This document shows, piece by piece, positions 8,132 through 18,051 of a stretch of 55,672 nt of DNA; positions within the stretch are counted from its first letter, which is position 1; each line of letters opens with the position of its first letter. The stretch is from Armatimonadia bacterium (lineage in GTDB: Bacteria; Armatimonadota; Zipacnadia; Zipacnadales; UBA11051): assembly GCA_039683575.1 (NCBI GenBank), contig JBDKRC010000237.1:1-55672 (forward strand), read 5' to 3'. Both the position numbers and the translations under genes were made by a program. The notes beneath the pieces were generated by a model, which worked only from the letters and a program-made list of their open reading frames with translations, ran no database searches and was not told the DNA's origin.

Positions 8132-9178
8132 CTACAGCGGCAGGCTGACCTTGCAGCCGTCGTCGGCGCTCTTGTACATCGCGAGGGCGATTTCGAGACT
8201 ACCGCGGGCCTTTTCTAGGGTGACCCACGGGTCCTTGCCCTCGTTGATCGCGGCGACCATGTCCTCGATCATGTACATGTGCTCGGTGAAGGCGAAGTCG
8301 GCGGCGCCGCCGGCGGCGGTGGTCTGGGCGGCGGAACCGATGCTCAGCATTTCAGCGTCGCCGGGCTGCTCCTCGCGGAACTTCCAGGTCGTGATGCGCT
8401 CGCCCTGCATGATCGCGGTGCCGTTCTCGCCGTTGATCTCGATGCGGATGTCGGTGCCGGGCCAGAGGGCCGTGCTGGCCTCGACGATGCCCTTGCCGCC
8501 GTTCTCCCAGTCTATGAAAGCCTGCAGCGTGTCCTCAAGCTGGACCTCGGGGTGGGCAACGTTGAACATCCGGGCTTCCACGCCCTGGGCCTCGCCCATC
8601 AGGTGGTGGAGCAGGTCGATGTAGTGGAAGGCGTGCTGGATGGTGACCCCGGCGCCCTGGTCGCGCTTGCTGCGCCAGTCGTCGGAGAGGTAGTAGGCGG
8701 TGTCGCGGAACCACTTCATGTGCGCGCCGGCGTAGTAGAGTTTGCCGAAGCGGCCGCTCTGGATCGCGTTGTACATGGCCTGAATGGGCTTGCGGAAGCG
8801 GACCTGGAGCGAGATGGCGACCTTGACGCCGTTGCGGTCGCGCGCGGCGATCATCGCGTCCACCTTGTCCAGCGTCATGTCCGGCGGCTTCTCGATGACA
8901 ACATGCTTGCCGGCGTCCATCGCGGGGATGGCGAACTGGGCGTGCATGGCGTTGGGGGTGAGGATGTTGACGACATCAATGCGCGGGTCTTCGAGCAGGG
9001 CCTCGAACGAGGCGGCGGACTCGCAGCCGAAATCGGCGCAGAACTTGTCGAGACGTTCCGCCTGCGGGTCGGTGGCGGCGATGAGTTCAGCGCCAGCGGC
9101 GGCTTTGATGGCATTGCCGTGGAACTGCGAGATGAGGCCGCAGCCGACGATGCCGAAGCCGAGGGATTTGGGTGACAT
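8132..9178 (-). CDS. Gfo/Idh/MocA family oxidoreductase
   Basis: GIVGCGLI Rossmann motif, GKHVVIEKP, HYID. Confidence 0.9.
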   Translation of the reverse strand: MSPKSLGFGIVGCGLISQFHGNAIKAAAGAELIAATDPQAERLDKFCADFGCESAASFEALLEDPRIDVVNILTPNAMHAQFAIPAMDAGKHVVIEKPPDMTLDKVDAMIAARDRNGVKVAISLQVRFRKPIQAMYNAIQSGRFGKLYYAGAHMKWFRDTAYYLSDDWRSKRDQGAGVTIQHAFHYIDLLHHLMGEAQGVEARMFNVAHPEVQLEDTLQAFIDWENGGKGIVEASTALWPGTDIRIEINGENGTAIMQGERITTWKFREEQPGDAEMLSIGSAAQTTAAGGAADFAFTEHMYMIEDMVAAINEGKDPWVTLEKARGSLEIALAMYKSADDGCKVSLPL

Positions 9179-9239
9179 AATCAGAACCTCCACAATAACA
9201 GTAGACGGGTAGATGCGCCGCGAGGGGCAGTGATTCCTT

Positions 9240-9434
9240 CTAGAGGCGGGAAAAGAGCGTCGTACTGGTGGGGGCGACGATCTCGTCAACCACTACTGCC
9301 CCGCGCACCGAATTGCCGATGACGACTTCGCGGGCGGTGCGGAGGTCGGTGGCGCAGGCCTAGTCGAGCCAGCTCTGGCGACCCCAGAAGAGCGCGGAGT
9401 TGGGGGTATTGAGGGCGGTGAGGGCGTCGAACAT
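9240..9434 (-). pseudogene. Probable gene remnant with an internal TAG
   Basis: Coding-like frame MFDALTALNTPNSALFWGRQSWLD*ACATDLRTAREVVIGNS...; no family recognised. Confidence 0.3.
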
Positions 9435-9439
9435 CGAAC

Positions 9440-10016
9440 TTACTTGGCTATAAGGGGGGCGAAATCCTTTTCCGAGACCCAGCGCGGCTTGCCGCTGACA
9501 GCTATGACGTTGCGGCCGCGGTCGTGGAAAGGGGCGCGATCCCAGATGAGGAGGTGGTTGGGGACGTCTTGGGCGAGCTTGCCGCAGAGGGCGTTGTTCC
9601 AGGTGTAGCTGCTGTGGGGCACGTTAGTAGAGGTTTCGGCTTGTTGGGACCTGTCTTCTGGGCAGGCAATGATGGTGCGGTAGTTGCGGGTGTAGGGCGT
9701 GAGGGGGCCGTCGTCAGTGCCGATCGGCCTGAAAGAACGAGAATCTGGTTGTCTGAGCGCGGACCACTTCCAGACCATCCAGTCTCCGCCAGGGCTGGGT
9801 CGGCGTGGGAAGCGGTCGTCGTAATCCTGGGCATAGGCGAGGGCGGCGTACTGGAGTTGGCGGAGGTGGATTTGACAGGTGAGGCGAGGATAAGCGGGGT
9901 GGCGGCCGCCGGCTCGCAAGGTAGGGCGCGGACAGGACACCAAGGAGAAAGACACCTACCAAGAGCACCCCGACGATACACGTGAGGCCGAGCTTACTTC
10001 CGGTTGGCTGATTCAC
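9440..10016 (-). pseudogene. Frameshifted DUF1559-like (pilin-like) membrane-anchored protein
   Basis: RBS, GTG and a TM helix in one frame; CQIHLRQL..A...YAQDYDDRFP, CPED, SY.WN and H..G.N motifs in another; total length 577 nt = 3n+1. Confidence 0.7.
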
Positions 10017-10086
10017 TGCATCTCCCCCTGTCACTATCATGCCCTACTCGATGGACACCGCAAATCTGCCAAAGGTCCCGGCATAG

Positions 10087-10893
10087 CTACCGCTTCCGCC
10101 GTTGCGGGTCGGCTGGGACGTCTATTAGCTTGCGCAGGATGTTGCCGGGGAGGTCTGACTTCATGAGCATGGTGCCGATTAGGACGGCGTCCACGCCTGC
10201 TTCGGCGACGCGCTGGATATCCTGCTTGCTGTGAATGCCGCTTTCGCTGACGAGGATTTTGCCGGGCGGGATCATTTTGGCGAGACGCTCGGTCTGGGCC
10301 AGGCTGATTTCCATCGTCTTGAGGTTGCGGTTGTTGATGCCGATGATGCTGGCCCCGCAGTGCAGCGCGCGGACGACGTCGTACTCGTCGTGGGTCTCGA
10401 CGAGCGCCATCATGCCGAGCTGGTGGGTGATATCGAGGAGCAGGCGGAGGTCGTCGTCGTCGAGGATGGTGCCGATGAGGAGTACGGCGTCGGCGCGGAA
10501 GAGACGGGCCTGGTAGATCTGGTAGGGCTCGACAAGGAAGTCCTTGCGCAGTACCGGCAGCGGCATGTTGCTGCGGGCGCGCTTGATATATAGCAGGTCG
10601 CCCTGGAAGTAGTCCTCTTCGGTGAGGACGCTGATGGCGGCGGCGCCGCCCCCGGAATAGTCCTGGGCGAGGGGCCGCGGGTCAAAGATATCGCGGATGA
10701 CGCCCTCGGAGGGACTGGCGCGCTTGATTTCGGCAATGATCCGGACGTGCGGCCCGCGCAGGGCGGACGCGAAGTTGCGGACCACGTCGTCCATGTCTTT
10801 CAGGCGCTCCTGAATGTCGAACAGGGGCAGTTCCTGCTTTTCAATGGCGAGGCGCTTGCGTTTCTGGGCTACGATATCGTCGAGGATGGTCAT
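10087..10893 (-). CDS. trpC: Indole-3-glycerol phosphate synthase
   Basis: IIAEIKRASPS, SVLTE, LRKDF, GINNRNL, SESGI. Confidence 0.97.
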   Translation of the reverse strand: MTILDDIVAQKRKRLAIEKQELPLFDIQERLKDMDDVVRNFASALRGPHVRIIAEIKRASPSEGVIRDIFDPRPLAQDYSGGGAAAISVLTEEDYFQGDLLYIKRARSNMPLPVLRKDFLVEPYQIYQARLFRADAVLLIGTILDDDDLRLLLDITHQLGMMALVETHDEYDVVRALHCGASIIGINNRNLKTMEISLAQTERLAKMIPPGKILVSESGIHSKQDIQRVAEAGVDAVLIGTMLMKSDLPGNILRKLIDVPADPQRRKR

Positions 10894-10951
10894 GGTGGTG
10901 ATTATAGCAAAAGGCCCTGGATTTCAGGGGGAATCGAGGGCGGAAACACCT

Positions 10952-10980
10952 GATCGCGCTCTGGTGAGCGCTCCTACAGG
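10952..10980 (-). repeat. GTAGGAGCG-family REP
   Basis: Paralog of 8028-8055. Confidence 0.8.
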
Positions 10981-10998
10981 CAGCGTTAGCGGCGAGAC

Positions 10999-11919
10999 TT
11001 AGGCACGGTCGAGTTCCAGGATTGCTGCCAGGATGGATTGGGCCGAGAGCACGGCGTTTTCGATGTCTACGCGGTCGGGAGTGTCGAGTTCGGTGTGATA
11101 CTGCGGGTCGGCGTACGGGTAGCTCCCCAGGACCATGATCGCGGCCGGGTAGCCGGCTTTGACGAAGGAGCCGTCGTCGTCGCCAGGACGCTCGCGGCGG
11201 GTCTTGGTCTGGGAGAGGGGCAGGTTGTGGCGCTCGATCACCTGCGCGAGGAGGTCCACGAGTGGCTCTCCCTCGGGTTCGGTGAAGAGAACGGCCTGCT
11301 GCATGACCCGGGCCTCGTGGTCTTCGTCGGATTTGCGGCCGATGCTGTCAATGTTGAAGACGGCGACGATGTTGTCTCCGCGCTCGCGGGCGTTGTTGGC
11401 GGCGGTGACGCTGGTCCAGGGCGAGTGCTCTTCGTTGCAGTAGAGGAAGCACAGGGAGCGGCGGGTGTCGCAGGTGGCGAGGATACGGGCGAGTTCGAGG
11501 TTGGCCGCGGTGCCCACGGCATTGTCATTGGCGCCGGGGGAGTCGACCCAGCTTTGCGAGTCCTTGTGGGACACGATGACGATGATCTCGTCGGGGCGCT
11601 CAGTGCCGGTCTTGCGCGCGTAGAGGTTGTAGGCGGTGTACCAGGGGTCCTCGGGCATTGGCGGGGAGTACTGGGCGGACTTGGGCTTGGTGGTGTCACA
11701 GCGATAGGCCTGCACGCGAACTGGCTCCTCTTCGACGCTGTAGCCGAAAGACTCGAGTTGCGCCTGAAGGTAGTCATCCGCCTCATACAGCGAGCACTTT
11801 TCGTGGCCGGGCATGGTGTAGTTGAGCTTGCGGTAGCGGCGTGGCTCGCCGGCCAGGGCGTAGACGCGCTCGCGGATGAGATCGGCGCTAACCTGGGATA
11901 GCAGATCGCGGTCAGACAT
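10999..11919 (-). CDS. M28 family peptidase
   Basis: SHKDS, PGANDNAVG, NEE, NIDSIG, YHTELD Zn-ligand motifs. Confidence 0.85.
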   Translation of the reverse strand: MSDRDLLSQVSADLIRERVYALAGEPRRYRKLNYTMPGHEKCSLYEADDYLQAQLESFGYSVEEEPVRVQAYRCDTTKPKSAQYSPPMPEDPWYTAYNLYARKTGTERPDEIIVIVSHKDSQSWVDSPGANDNAVGTAANLELARILATCDTRRSLCFLYCNEEHSPWTSVTAANNARERGDNIVAVFNIDSIGRKSDEDHEARVMQQAVLFTEPEGEPLVDLLAQVIERHNLPLSQTKTRRERPGDDDGSFVKAGYPAAIMVLGSYPYADPQYHTELDTPDRVDIENAVLSAQSILAAILELDRA

Positions 11920-13675
11920 TGTCGGACACTCCATTCGTGTAGCGCAATTCCTGGTCTGTGAGCATGTCTCGGACAAGCTTCAGCGAGCCCTGCGGGGTCG
12001 TTAGCTCGACCGTGCGGATGAGTTCGCCATAGGTGCGCGGAATCTCTCCGTCTTCGCGGAAGGATTCGGTCAGCGACAAGTGCTGGACGTCGTCGGGACT
12101 GTCCAGCAGAACCACGCACCAGCCGCTGAAGAGCAGGGGCTGCGTGACGGTCTCGGTGGCGCCGTTAATGAGCGGGAGGCTGAGGTGCAGTTCGTTGTCA
12201 TAGCGCTGCAGCCGGACCGGGAGGTCGATGATGTTGCCTTCCATGCGGCGCTGGGGGTTGGGGTCATCGTCGGGCGGGTCCAGTACGCGGCACTTGAGCG
12301 GGCGGATGGCCACGGCGGTGTGGCCGTAGTCGAGTACGATCCAGTCCGGCGGGATTGATGTTGTCTCGCCACTCCATTCCTGCCCGCCGATGAGTACGCG
12401 TGCTGCTCCCGGCACGAGGCGCCAGCGGTCATCGAGCCTCACCGTGGGCGAGTGCAGGCGGTGGACTTCGCGGAAGATGATGGCTGCCGGGCCCTGTTGG
12501 TGGGCGACGGTGATGACCTCGGGGTGGAAAGACAGGCGCTTGAAGAGGTGGCGGCTGGAGTAATCAGCGCCGACGCGGGCCTCATGCCGACGCACCTCGC
12601 CCTCGTCATCCTCGCTGCGCCACTGCAGAATGCCATAGTCATGGCCCGGGACGATGAAGGAGGCGGGCTTGGTCTGCCACGCGAGGCCCCAGGTGTCGTG
12701 GTGGATGGTGTTGGGCATGAGCGGATAGTGGCTGAGTGTACCCAGGCGGCTGTTTGGGCCGATGTAGCTGGTGCTGGTGTGGTGGTCGAAGGTGCGGCGG
12801 CGCCACTGCCGCGGGAGGGTCAGGGACGGGGCCTGGTAGCGATAGCCAGTGGCCGTGGCGAGCACCGAGAGGGCGGTGAGGGCTGCCGGAGCGGGCTGGC
12901 CCTCTATCAGGAACTTGACGTCCCAGGGGACTTCCTGCTTGGCCTCGAAGTTGTACCCGCGAATGCTCGGTACGGCGTCGAAGCCATCGTTGAAGACTAC
13001 CCACTCCATGAGGGCGTCTACCATGCTGCGGCAGCGGTCGGCGAGTTCGGATGAGTGCTCCAGCAGCATGATGAGCAGGCCCATCTCGATGATGACGCGG
13101 ATGTAGACGGGCGAGTGGTCTTCGCCCCAGCCGGTGCCCCGGGTCTCGAGGTAGTCGAGATAGCGGCGGCAGAAGCTGCGTGCCTCGGTGATGATGGCCT
13201 CGTCGCCAAGGATATGGCCGGTGGCAAGCAGCATCGCCACGTCGCCGAGGCACTTGTTGGGGTAGAAGAGGCTCGGGCTTTCGGCCATCTGGCGAAACCA
13301 CGGCGCGGAGACCGCGAAGACTTCGCGGACTCCCTGCTGCTCCTCCTCGCTCAACCGTTCGCGGAAGGCCAGGTACAGCACCGCGAGGGGCAGGCAGGTG
13401 AAGAAGGACGCGTTGGTATCGCCGATGCCCGGATGCTCCAGATACCACTTCAGGCACCCATAGGTAGGGCTGTCAGGGTCACGATCGCGCTGGGCGGCGA
13501 TGGCCGCAAGCATCCGTACGGTGTCGGGGTCATGGTCGCCATGCGTGATGGTATTGAAGAGATATCCCGCGGTCGCCGGAAGGTTGTGGGTTGCTTCCAG
13601 GTGGCTGATCGAGGCCTCATGCGGCTTGCCGGAGCGCGCGAGAAAGACTTCGCGGTCAATGGGATCGGCGGCCAT
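11912..13675 (-). CDS. Hypothetical protein (587 aa), possibly with an alpha/alpha-toroid N-terminus
   Basis: Long ORF with GGAGGAG RBS, overlapping the peptidase start; no family recognised. Confidence 0.75.
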   Translation of the reverse strand: MAADPIDREVFLARSGKPHEASISHLEATHNLPATAGYLFNTITHGDHDPDTVRMLAAIAAQRDRDPDSPTYGCLKWYLEHPGIGDTNASFFTCLPLAVLYLAFRERLSEEEQQGVREVFAVSAPWFRQMAESPSLFYPNKCLGDVAMLLATGHILGDEAIITEARSFCRRYLDYLETRGTGWGEDHSPVYIRVIIEMGLLIMLLEHSSELADRCRSMVDALMEWVVFNDGFDAVPSIRGYNFEAKQEVPWDVKFLIEGQPAPAALTALSVLATATGYRYQAPSLTLPRQWRRRTFDHHTSTSYIGPNSRLGTLSHYPLMPNTIHHDTWGLAWQTKPASFIVPGHDYGILQWRSEDDEGEVRRHEARVGADYSSRHLFKRLSFHPEVITVAHQQGPAAIIFREVHRLHSPTVRLDDRWRLVPGAARVLIGGQEWSGETTSIPPDWIVLDYGHTAVAIRPLKCRVLDPPDDDPNPQRRMEGNIIDLPVRLQRYDNELHLSLPLINGATETVTQPLLFSGWCVVLLDSPDDVQHLSLTESFREDGEIPRTYGELIRTVELTTPQGSLKLVRDMLTDQELRYTNGVSDNV

Positions 13676-13714
13676 GGCTCCTCCGGGGGTGGATCATTCG
13701 CGCGTGCAGGTGGT

Positions 13715-13742
13715 GTGGGTGCGAGACGCACCCACCTACGCG
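13715..13742 (-). repeat. GTAG-type REP
   Basis: GTGGGTGCG-AGA-CGCACCCAC-CTACGCG. Confidence 0.85.
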
Positions 13743-13767
13743 GCGACTCCACAGGCTGGATTGCGGC

Positions 13768-14784
13768 TCAGGCCAGGCGGTGTGACAACTCACGCAGCTT
13801 CAGGAAGCATTGCCGGGCTTCCCCTGTCTCGACTGCGCGCCGGGCTAAGGCTACCCCTTCCGCCAGCGTGTCCGCCATTCCTCCTACATATATCGCGGCG
13901 GCGGCGTTCGCCAGCACGATGTCCAGACGCGGGCTCTCCTGGCCGTCCAGGACCTCGAGCAGATAGCGCGCGCAAGTGGCCGGATCGCCGCCTGAGATGG
14001 CTTGAACCGGTGCCTCGTTCAGTCCCAGGTCAGCCGCAGTGATCTCGTAGCTCTCGATGGTGCCCTCGCGCAGTTCGGTGATCTGAGTGGCTCCATAGAG
14101 GGCGACCTCGTCCAGTCCGGCCTTGCCGTGGACGATGAGCACATGCTCGGAGCCATTGACCTGCAGCGCCTCGGCCATGGTGTAGGCAAAGGAGTGGTCA
14201 TAGACGCCGATGAGTTGGCGCCGGGCGTCGGCGGGGTTGGTGAGGGGCCCGAGAAGGTTGAAGACCGTGCGCATCGCCAACTGCTTGCGCGGGCCGACGG
14301 CATGCTTCATGGCGGGGTGTAGTTCCGCGGCGAAGAGGAAGCCGATGCCGAGTTCGTCGATGCAGCGGGCGACGGCGTCGGGCGCGAGGCTGATATTGAC
14401 GTCAAGCTCGCGCAGTACGTCGGCGCTGCCGCACTGGCTCGACACGGCGCGGTTGCCGTGCTTGGCGATGGGTACGCCCGCGCCCGCCGCCACGAACGCG
14501 GCGGTGGTGGAGATGTTGAAGGTGTCGAGTGCGTCGCCGCCGGTGCCGCAGGTGTCCACGAGGCCCTGCACGGTCGGCCGCACCTGCAGGCAGTTGGCCC
14601 GCATGGCGCGCGCGAACCCGGCAATCTCGGCGGCAGTCTCGCCCTTCATGCGCAGGGCGACGAGCAAGGCAGCGATCTGCGCCTCACTGGCCGCGCCGGC
14701 CATAATCTCCATGAGCGCATCTTCGGCCTCGGCAGGCTCGAGATCGCGCCGCTCTACGACTTTCGATAGTGTATCCTGGAGCAT
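13768..14784 (-). CDS. trpD: Anthranilate phosphoribosyltransferase
   Basis: DTCGTGGD, FNIST, KHGNR, GSAD, RTVFNLLGPL.NP. Confidence 0.97.
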   Translation of the reverse strand: MLQDTLSKVVERRDLEPAEAEDALMEIMAGAASEAQIAALLVALRMKGETAAEIAGFARAMRANCLQVRPTVQGLVDTCGTGGDALDTFNISTTAAFVAAGAGVPIAKHGNRAVSSQCGSADVLRELDVNISLAPDAVARCIDELGIGFLFAAELHPAMKHAVGPRKQLAMRTVFNLLGPLTNPADARRQLIGVYDHSFAYTMAEALQVNGSEHVLIVHGKAGLDEVALYGATQITELREGTIESYEITAADLGLNEAPVQAISGGDPATCARYLLEVLDGQESPRLDIVLANAAAAIYVGGMADTLAEGVALARRAVETGEARQCFLKLRELSHRLA

Positions 14785-14801
14785 CTTGCCACTCCTGTGT
14801 T

Positions 14802-14845
14802 GGAGGGGCCAAGCTTTAGCTGGCCCAGCAGTGTGGCGAGGCTCC
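14802..14845 (+). repeat. GGAGGGGCC-family palindromic repeat
   Basis: GGAGGGGCCAAGCTTTAGCTGGCCCAGCAGT; other copies at 15970-15995, 17256-17304 (inside trpE) and a longer one at 51330-51372. Confidence 0.8.
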
Positions 14846-14859
14846 GGCTGCTAGTCGGA

Positions 14860-14957
14860 ACGGCGAAAACGGTAAACAGAAAACGGAAAACAGTAAGAGA
14901 GTAAGGTATGGGGCCGGGGCGGGCTGTCTTCTGTTTTCTGTCCCTTCTGTTTTCGCC
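14860..14957. repeat. Inverted pair of GAAAACR heptamer arrays
   Basis: GGCGAAAACGGTAAACAGAAAACGGAAAACAG ... CTGTCTTCTGTTTTCTGTCCCTTCTGTTTTCGCC. Confidence 0.75.
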
Positions 14958-14963
14958 TTTCTC

Positions 14964-15317
14964 TCATCTGATCCGCATGGTTAGCAGGATCAGAACGGTT
15001 GCCCAGAGTGATGATACCCCTGCGGCTGCGGCCATCCAGGTCCAGCGCGTGCCGCCCTCCGGCTCGCTGAGGCGTTTGTTGACGCTCAGCGCGACGAGGC
15101 CGAGACTGAGCAGAAACACGACGACGGGCAGGAAGAGGCTCGGCGGCTTAGGCGGCGGCGGCAGGTCTGCGGAGGTGTCATCATCCATTTCAACATACTG
15201 CCTGGCGACCGAGACCTGGGGCGACACCAGCCGTACCGGCATTATCGCGCACGCAACCCAGAGCATAGCAAGGAGCACTACCGCAATTAGCCACCAGGGA
15301 TCATCGAAATCAAGCAT
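14964..15317 (-). CDS. Small membrane protein (about 3 TM helices)
   Basis: Three hydrophobic segments; co-oriented within the trp cluster. Confidence 0.65.
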   Translation of the reverse strand: MLDFDDPWWLIAVVLLAMLWVACAIMPVRLVSPQVSVARQYVEMDDDTSADLPPPPKPPSLFLPVVVFLLSLGLVALSVNKRLSEPEGGTRWTWMAAAAGVSSLWATVLILLTMRIR

Positions 15318-15375
15318 GGGCAACTCTCACCCTGTGTGCAGCCGGAAAGACCTCGCGTAGGTCAACGTCCCCGCG

Positions 15376-15939
15376 CTACATGCTCAGGAAGTTCCTGAGC
15401 AGGTCTCTGCCGGCTGCGGTCATGATCGACTCGGGGTGGAACTGGATGCCCTCGACGCAGAATTCTCTGTGCCGCAGGCCCATGATCTCGCCCTGGTCGC
15501 TTTCAGCCGTGATTTCCAGACAAGCGGGCAGGCTCTCCTTCTCGACGAGCAGGGAGTGATACCGCACTGCCTCAAAGGGATTCGGCACGCCCACGAAGAG
15601 CCCTTTGCCGTCGTGATGGATCGGTGAGGTCTTGCCATGCATGAGCCGTCCCGCGCGGACGACCTTGCCACCGAAGACCTGCCCGAGCGACTGGTGCCCG
15701 AGGCAGACCCCCAGCACAGGGACCTTGCCAGCCATGTGCGCGATCAGCTCGCAGGAAATGCCCGCCTCATCTGGCGTGCAGGGTCCCGGCGAGATGACCA
15801 CGCGCTCGGGCTGCAAGGCCTCGACCTCCGCCACAGTGAGCTTGTCATTGCGATAGACCTCTACCTGCTGCCCAAGTTCCGACAGATACTGGTAGAGGTT
15901 GTAGGTGAAGCTATCGTAGTTGTCTATGAGAATGAGCAT
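15376..15939 (-). CDS. trpG: Anthranilate synthase component II (glutamine amidotransferase)
   Basis: [40 protein letters not shown]. Confidence 0.95.
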   Translation of the reverse strand: MLILIDNYDSFTYNLYQYLSELGQQVEVYRNDKLTVAEVEALQPERVVISPGPCTPDEAGISCELIAHMAGKVPVLGVCLGHQSLGQVFGGKVVRAGRLMHGKTSPIHHDGKGLFVGVPNPFEAVRYHSLLVEKESLPACLEITAESDQGEIMGLRHREFCVEGIQFHPESIMTAAGRDLLRNFLSM

Positions 15940-15969
15940 TGTTTCGCTCCGTATGAACGTCATTGGCCT

Positions 15970-15995
15970 TGGGCCGGCTGAAGCTCGGCCCCTCC
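15970..15995 (-). repeat. GGAGGGGCC-family palindromic repeat
   Basis: GGAGGGGCCGAGCTTCAGCCGGCCCA between trpE and trpG. Confidence 0.8.
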
Positions 15996-16007
15996 TTACG
16001 GCGAAGA

Positions 16008-17558
16008 CTAGACGAGGCCTTTTTCGGCCATTCGCGCCGCGTCCAGCAGGGCGCCCATCTTCATCAGCGTCTCGTTGTACTCGGCGTCCGGCTGGCTGTC
16101 GGCGACTATGCCGCCGCCCGCCTCGAAGTAGCACGTGTTGCCCTTCACCACCATCGTGCGCAGGGTGATGCAGGTGTCCATGCTGCCCGAGAAGCTGAAG
16201 TAGCCGACAGCGCCCGCATAGGGGCCGCGACGCACTGGTTCGAGCTCCTCGATGATCTCCATGGCGCGGATCTTGGGCGCGCCGGAGACCGTTCCGGCGG
16301 GGAAGGTCGCGCGCAGGACGTCGAACTGGTCCTTGTCCGCCCGGAGCTTGCCGATCACGTTGCTGACGATGTGCATCACATGCGAGTAGCGTTCCACCTT
16401 CATCAGGGCATCCACCTGCACGCTGCCGGGCTCGCAGACGCGGCCGATGTCGCTGCGGTGCAGGTCCACGAGCATTATGTGCTCGGCGCGCTCTTTCTCG
16501 TCGGCCAGAAGCTCCTGCTCGAGGGCGAGGTCCTCTTCGGCAGTCTTGCCACGACGGCGAGTGCCGGCGATGGGACGGGTGACTACCTTGCCGGCATCCT
16601 CGGTGACCAGGATCTCCGGCGACGCGCCGATGATCTTGAGGTCGCCGAAGCTCAGGTAGTACATGTAGGGTGAAGGGTTGATCGCGCGCAGGGAGCGGTA
16701 CAGATCGAATGGGTCCGTGCGCACCTGCGCCTGCAGGCGATGGGCCAGCACGACCTGGATGGCATCTCCAGCGGCGATGTACTCCTTCGCCTTCAGCACC
16801 GCCTCCCGGTGCTGGGCCCGCGTCATGGTCGAGGGCATGGCCGACGGGTCGTCAGGGATCGTCGCGTGCCCCGGCGCGGGGGAGAGCCTCTCCGGTAGCG
16901 GCCCGCTCAGGACGCTTACGACCTCTTCGATGCGCCGCACGGCGTCCCAGTAAGCGGCCTGGGGGTCGTCCTCGACGAAGGCCTGGGCCATGACTCGCAC
17001 CCGGTGCATGACGTGGTCGAAGATGACCAGCGTGTCGGCGAACATGAACTGGCTCTCCGGCAGGTCCAGGTCGTCGGGGTTCTGGTCGGGCAGGTCCTCG
17101 AAGAAGCGGACCATGTCGTAGCCCATATACCCCACGGCGCCGCCGGAGAAGCGTTCCCAGCCGGGCAGGGGGACGAATTGCACCTGGGCGAGCTGGCGCT
17201 TGAGCTCGTGCAGGGGGTCCTCGTTGTCGGGGAGTTCGATGACCGTGGGCTGGGTGGAGCCTGGCGCCTCCGGACTGCTGGGCCGGCTAAAGCTCGGCCC
17301 CTCCTTGGTGGTGATGGTGATTGTGCGCCCCTTGCTGCTCATGGTCTTGTAAGGGTTGATCGCGAGGTAGGAGTACCGCGCGATGCTTTCCCCGCCGGCG
17401 ACGCTTTCGAGCAGGAAAGCATAGCCATTTCCGGCTTGCCGCAGCTTCAGGAAGGCGGAGACCGGCGTCTCGAGGTCAGCGAGGATCTCCCGGTAGACCG
17501 GGACGAGGTTGCCTTCTTTGGCGCGCTGCATGAAGAGATCAAGATCAGGCGTGTACAT
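16008..17558 (-). CDS. trpE: Anthranilate synthase component I
   Basis: [38 protein letters not shown]. Confidence 0.96.
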   Translation of the reverse strand: MYTPDLDLFMQRAKEGNLVPVYREILADLETPVSAFLKLRQAGNGYAFLLESVAGGESIARYSYLAINPYKTMSSKGRTITITTKEGPSFSRPSSPEAPGSTQPTVIELPDNEDPLHELKRQLAQVQFVPLPGWERFSGGAVGYMGYDMVRFFEDLPDQNPDDLDLPESQFMFADTLVIFDHVMHRVRVMAQAFVEDDPQAAYWDAVRRIEEVVSVLSGPLPERLSPAPGHATIPDDPSAMPSTMTRAQHREAVLKAKEYIAAGDAIQVVLAHRLQAQVRTDPFDLYRSLRAINPSPYMYYLSFGDLKIIGASPEILVTEDAGKVVTRPIAGTRRRGKTAEEDLALEQELLADEKERAEHIMLVDLHRSDIGRVCEPGSVQVDALMKVERYSHVMHIVSNVIGKLRADKDQFDVLRATFPAGTVSGAPKIRAMEIIEELEPVRRGPYAGAVGYFSFSGSMDTCITLRTMVVKGNTCYFEAGGGIVADSQPDAEYNETLMKMGALLDAARMAEKGLV

Positions 17559-17701
17559 GGCTTTTCTCCCAAGCGCTCTGCCTAACTCTGCAAAGCACGT
17601 GCAATCATCCAGCGCTGCGCGGCAAATACTGCGGCGCAGGAGGATATTCGGCTGAACCTGCCGAAATGATGGTTGTTCAATAGGTATGGGAAACGGTGCG
17701 A

Positions 17702-17815
17702 CTAGGCCACTGGGGTGGGGTGTGGCCAGGTAAGGGGCGCGCAGGAGGCCTGAAGGGCTGTAAACGGCGTCTGGCGATACGTATTGTGGTTGTCAGTCAT
17801 CTGCACTTTTGCCAT
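17702..17815 (-). CDS. Candidate 37-aa small ORF, MAKVQMTDNHNTYRQTPFTALQASCAPLTWPHPTPVA
   Basis: Strong SD-like AAAGGGGGTGG just upstream of the ATG; no other support. Confidence 0.3.
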   Translation of the reverse strand: MAKVQMTDNHNTYRQTPFTALQASCAPLTWPHPTPVA

Positions 17816-18025
17816 GTTGACCACCCCCTTTCGGGGTTCGCTGCACGACCACTTAGGTCGCCGCGCCTGAGGAAGTTTCGGAAAAGAGGCCTCTCCCGGC
17901 CTGGCTTCCGAAATCTGCGGGAAGGTAACTTCCCGCGGCTATCGAGGGTTCGGTCTCTCCAGACCTGCCTCAACAGGTTTCGCAGGTCTCTCACCTGCCC
18001 GGGCCGCTTCAGCCTTGCTGCATGG
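17812..18025 (-). ncRNA. Candidate structured RNA of unknown class
   Basis: Six or seven short hairpins plus long-range closing helices within ~215 nt; no family recognised. Confidence 0.45.
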
Positions 18026-18051
18026 GGCCCTGAGGTTGCGGATCGGGGACT

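Noticed and set aside
9360..9362. Pyrrolysine or stop read-through at the in-frame TAG
   Set aside because: TAG is a normal stop in many genes here, there are no pyl genes in the window, and the fragment is short.
17702..17815. trpE leader peptide
   Set aside because: Only one Trp codon, and no U-tailed terminator before trpE.
17812..18025. T-box, glycine or cobalamin riboswitch
   Set aside because: Only isolated words match (GGGTGGT, GGAGAG, CTCAGG, AGACCTGCC); the required flanking motifs and order are missing.
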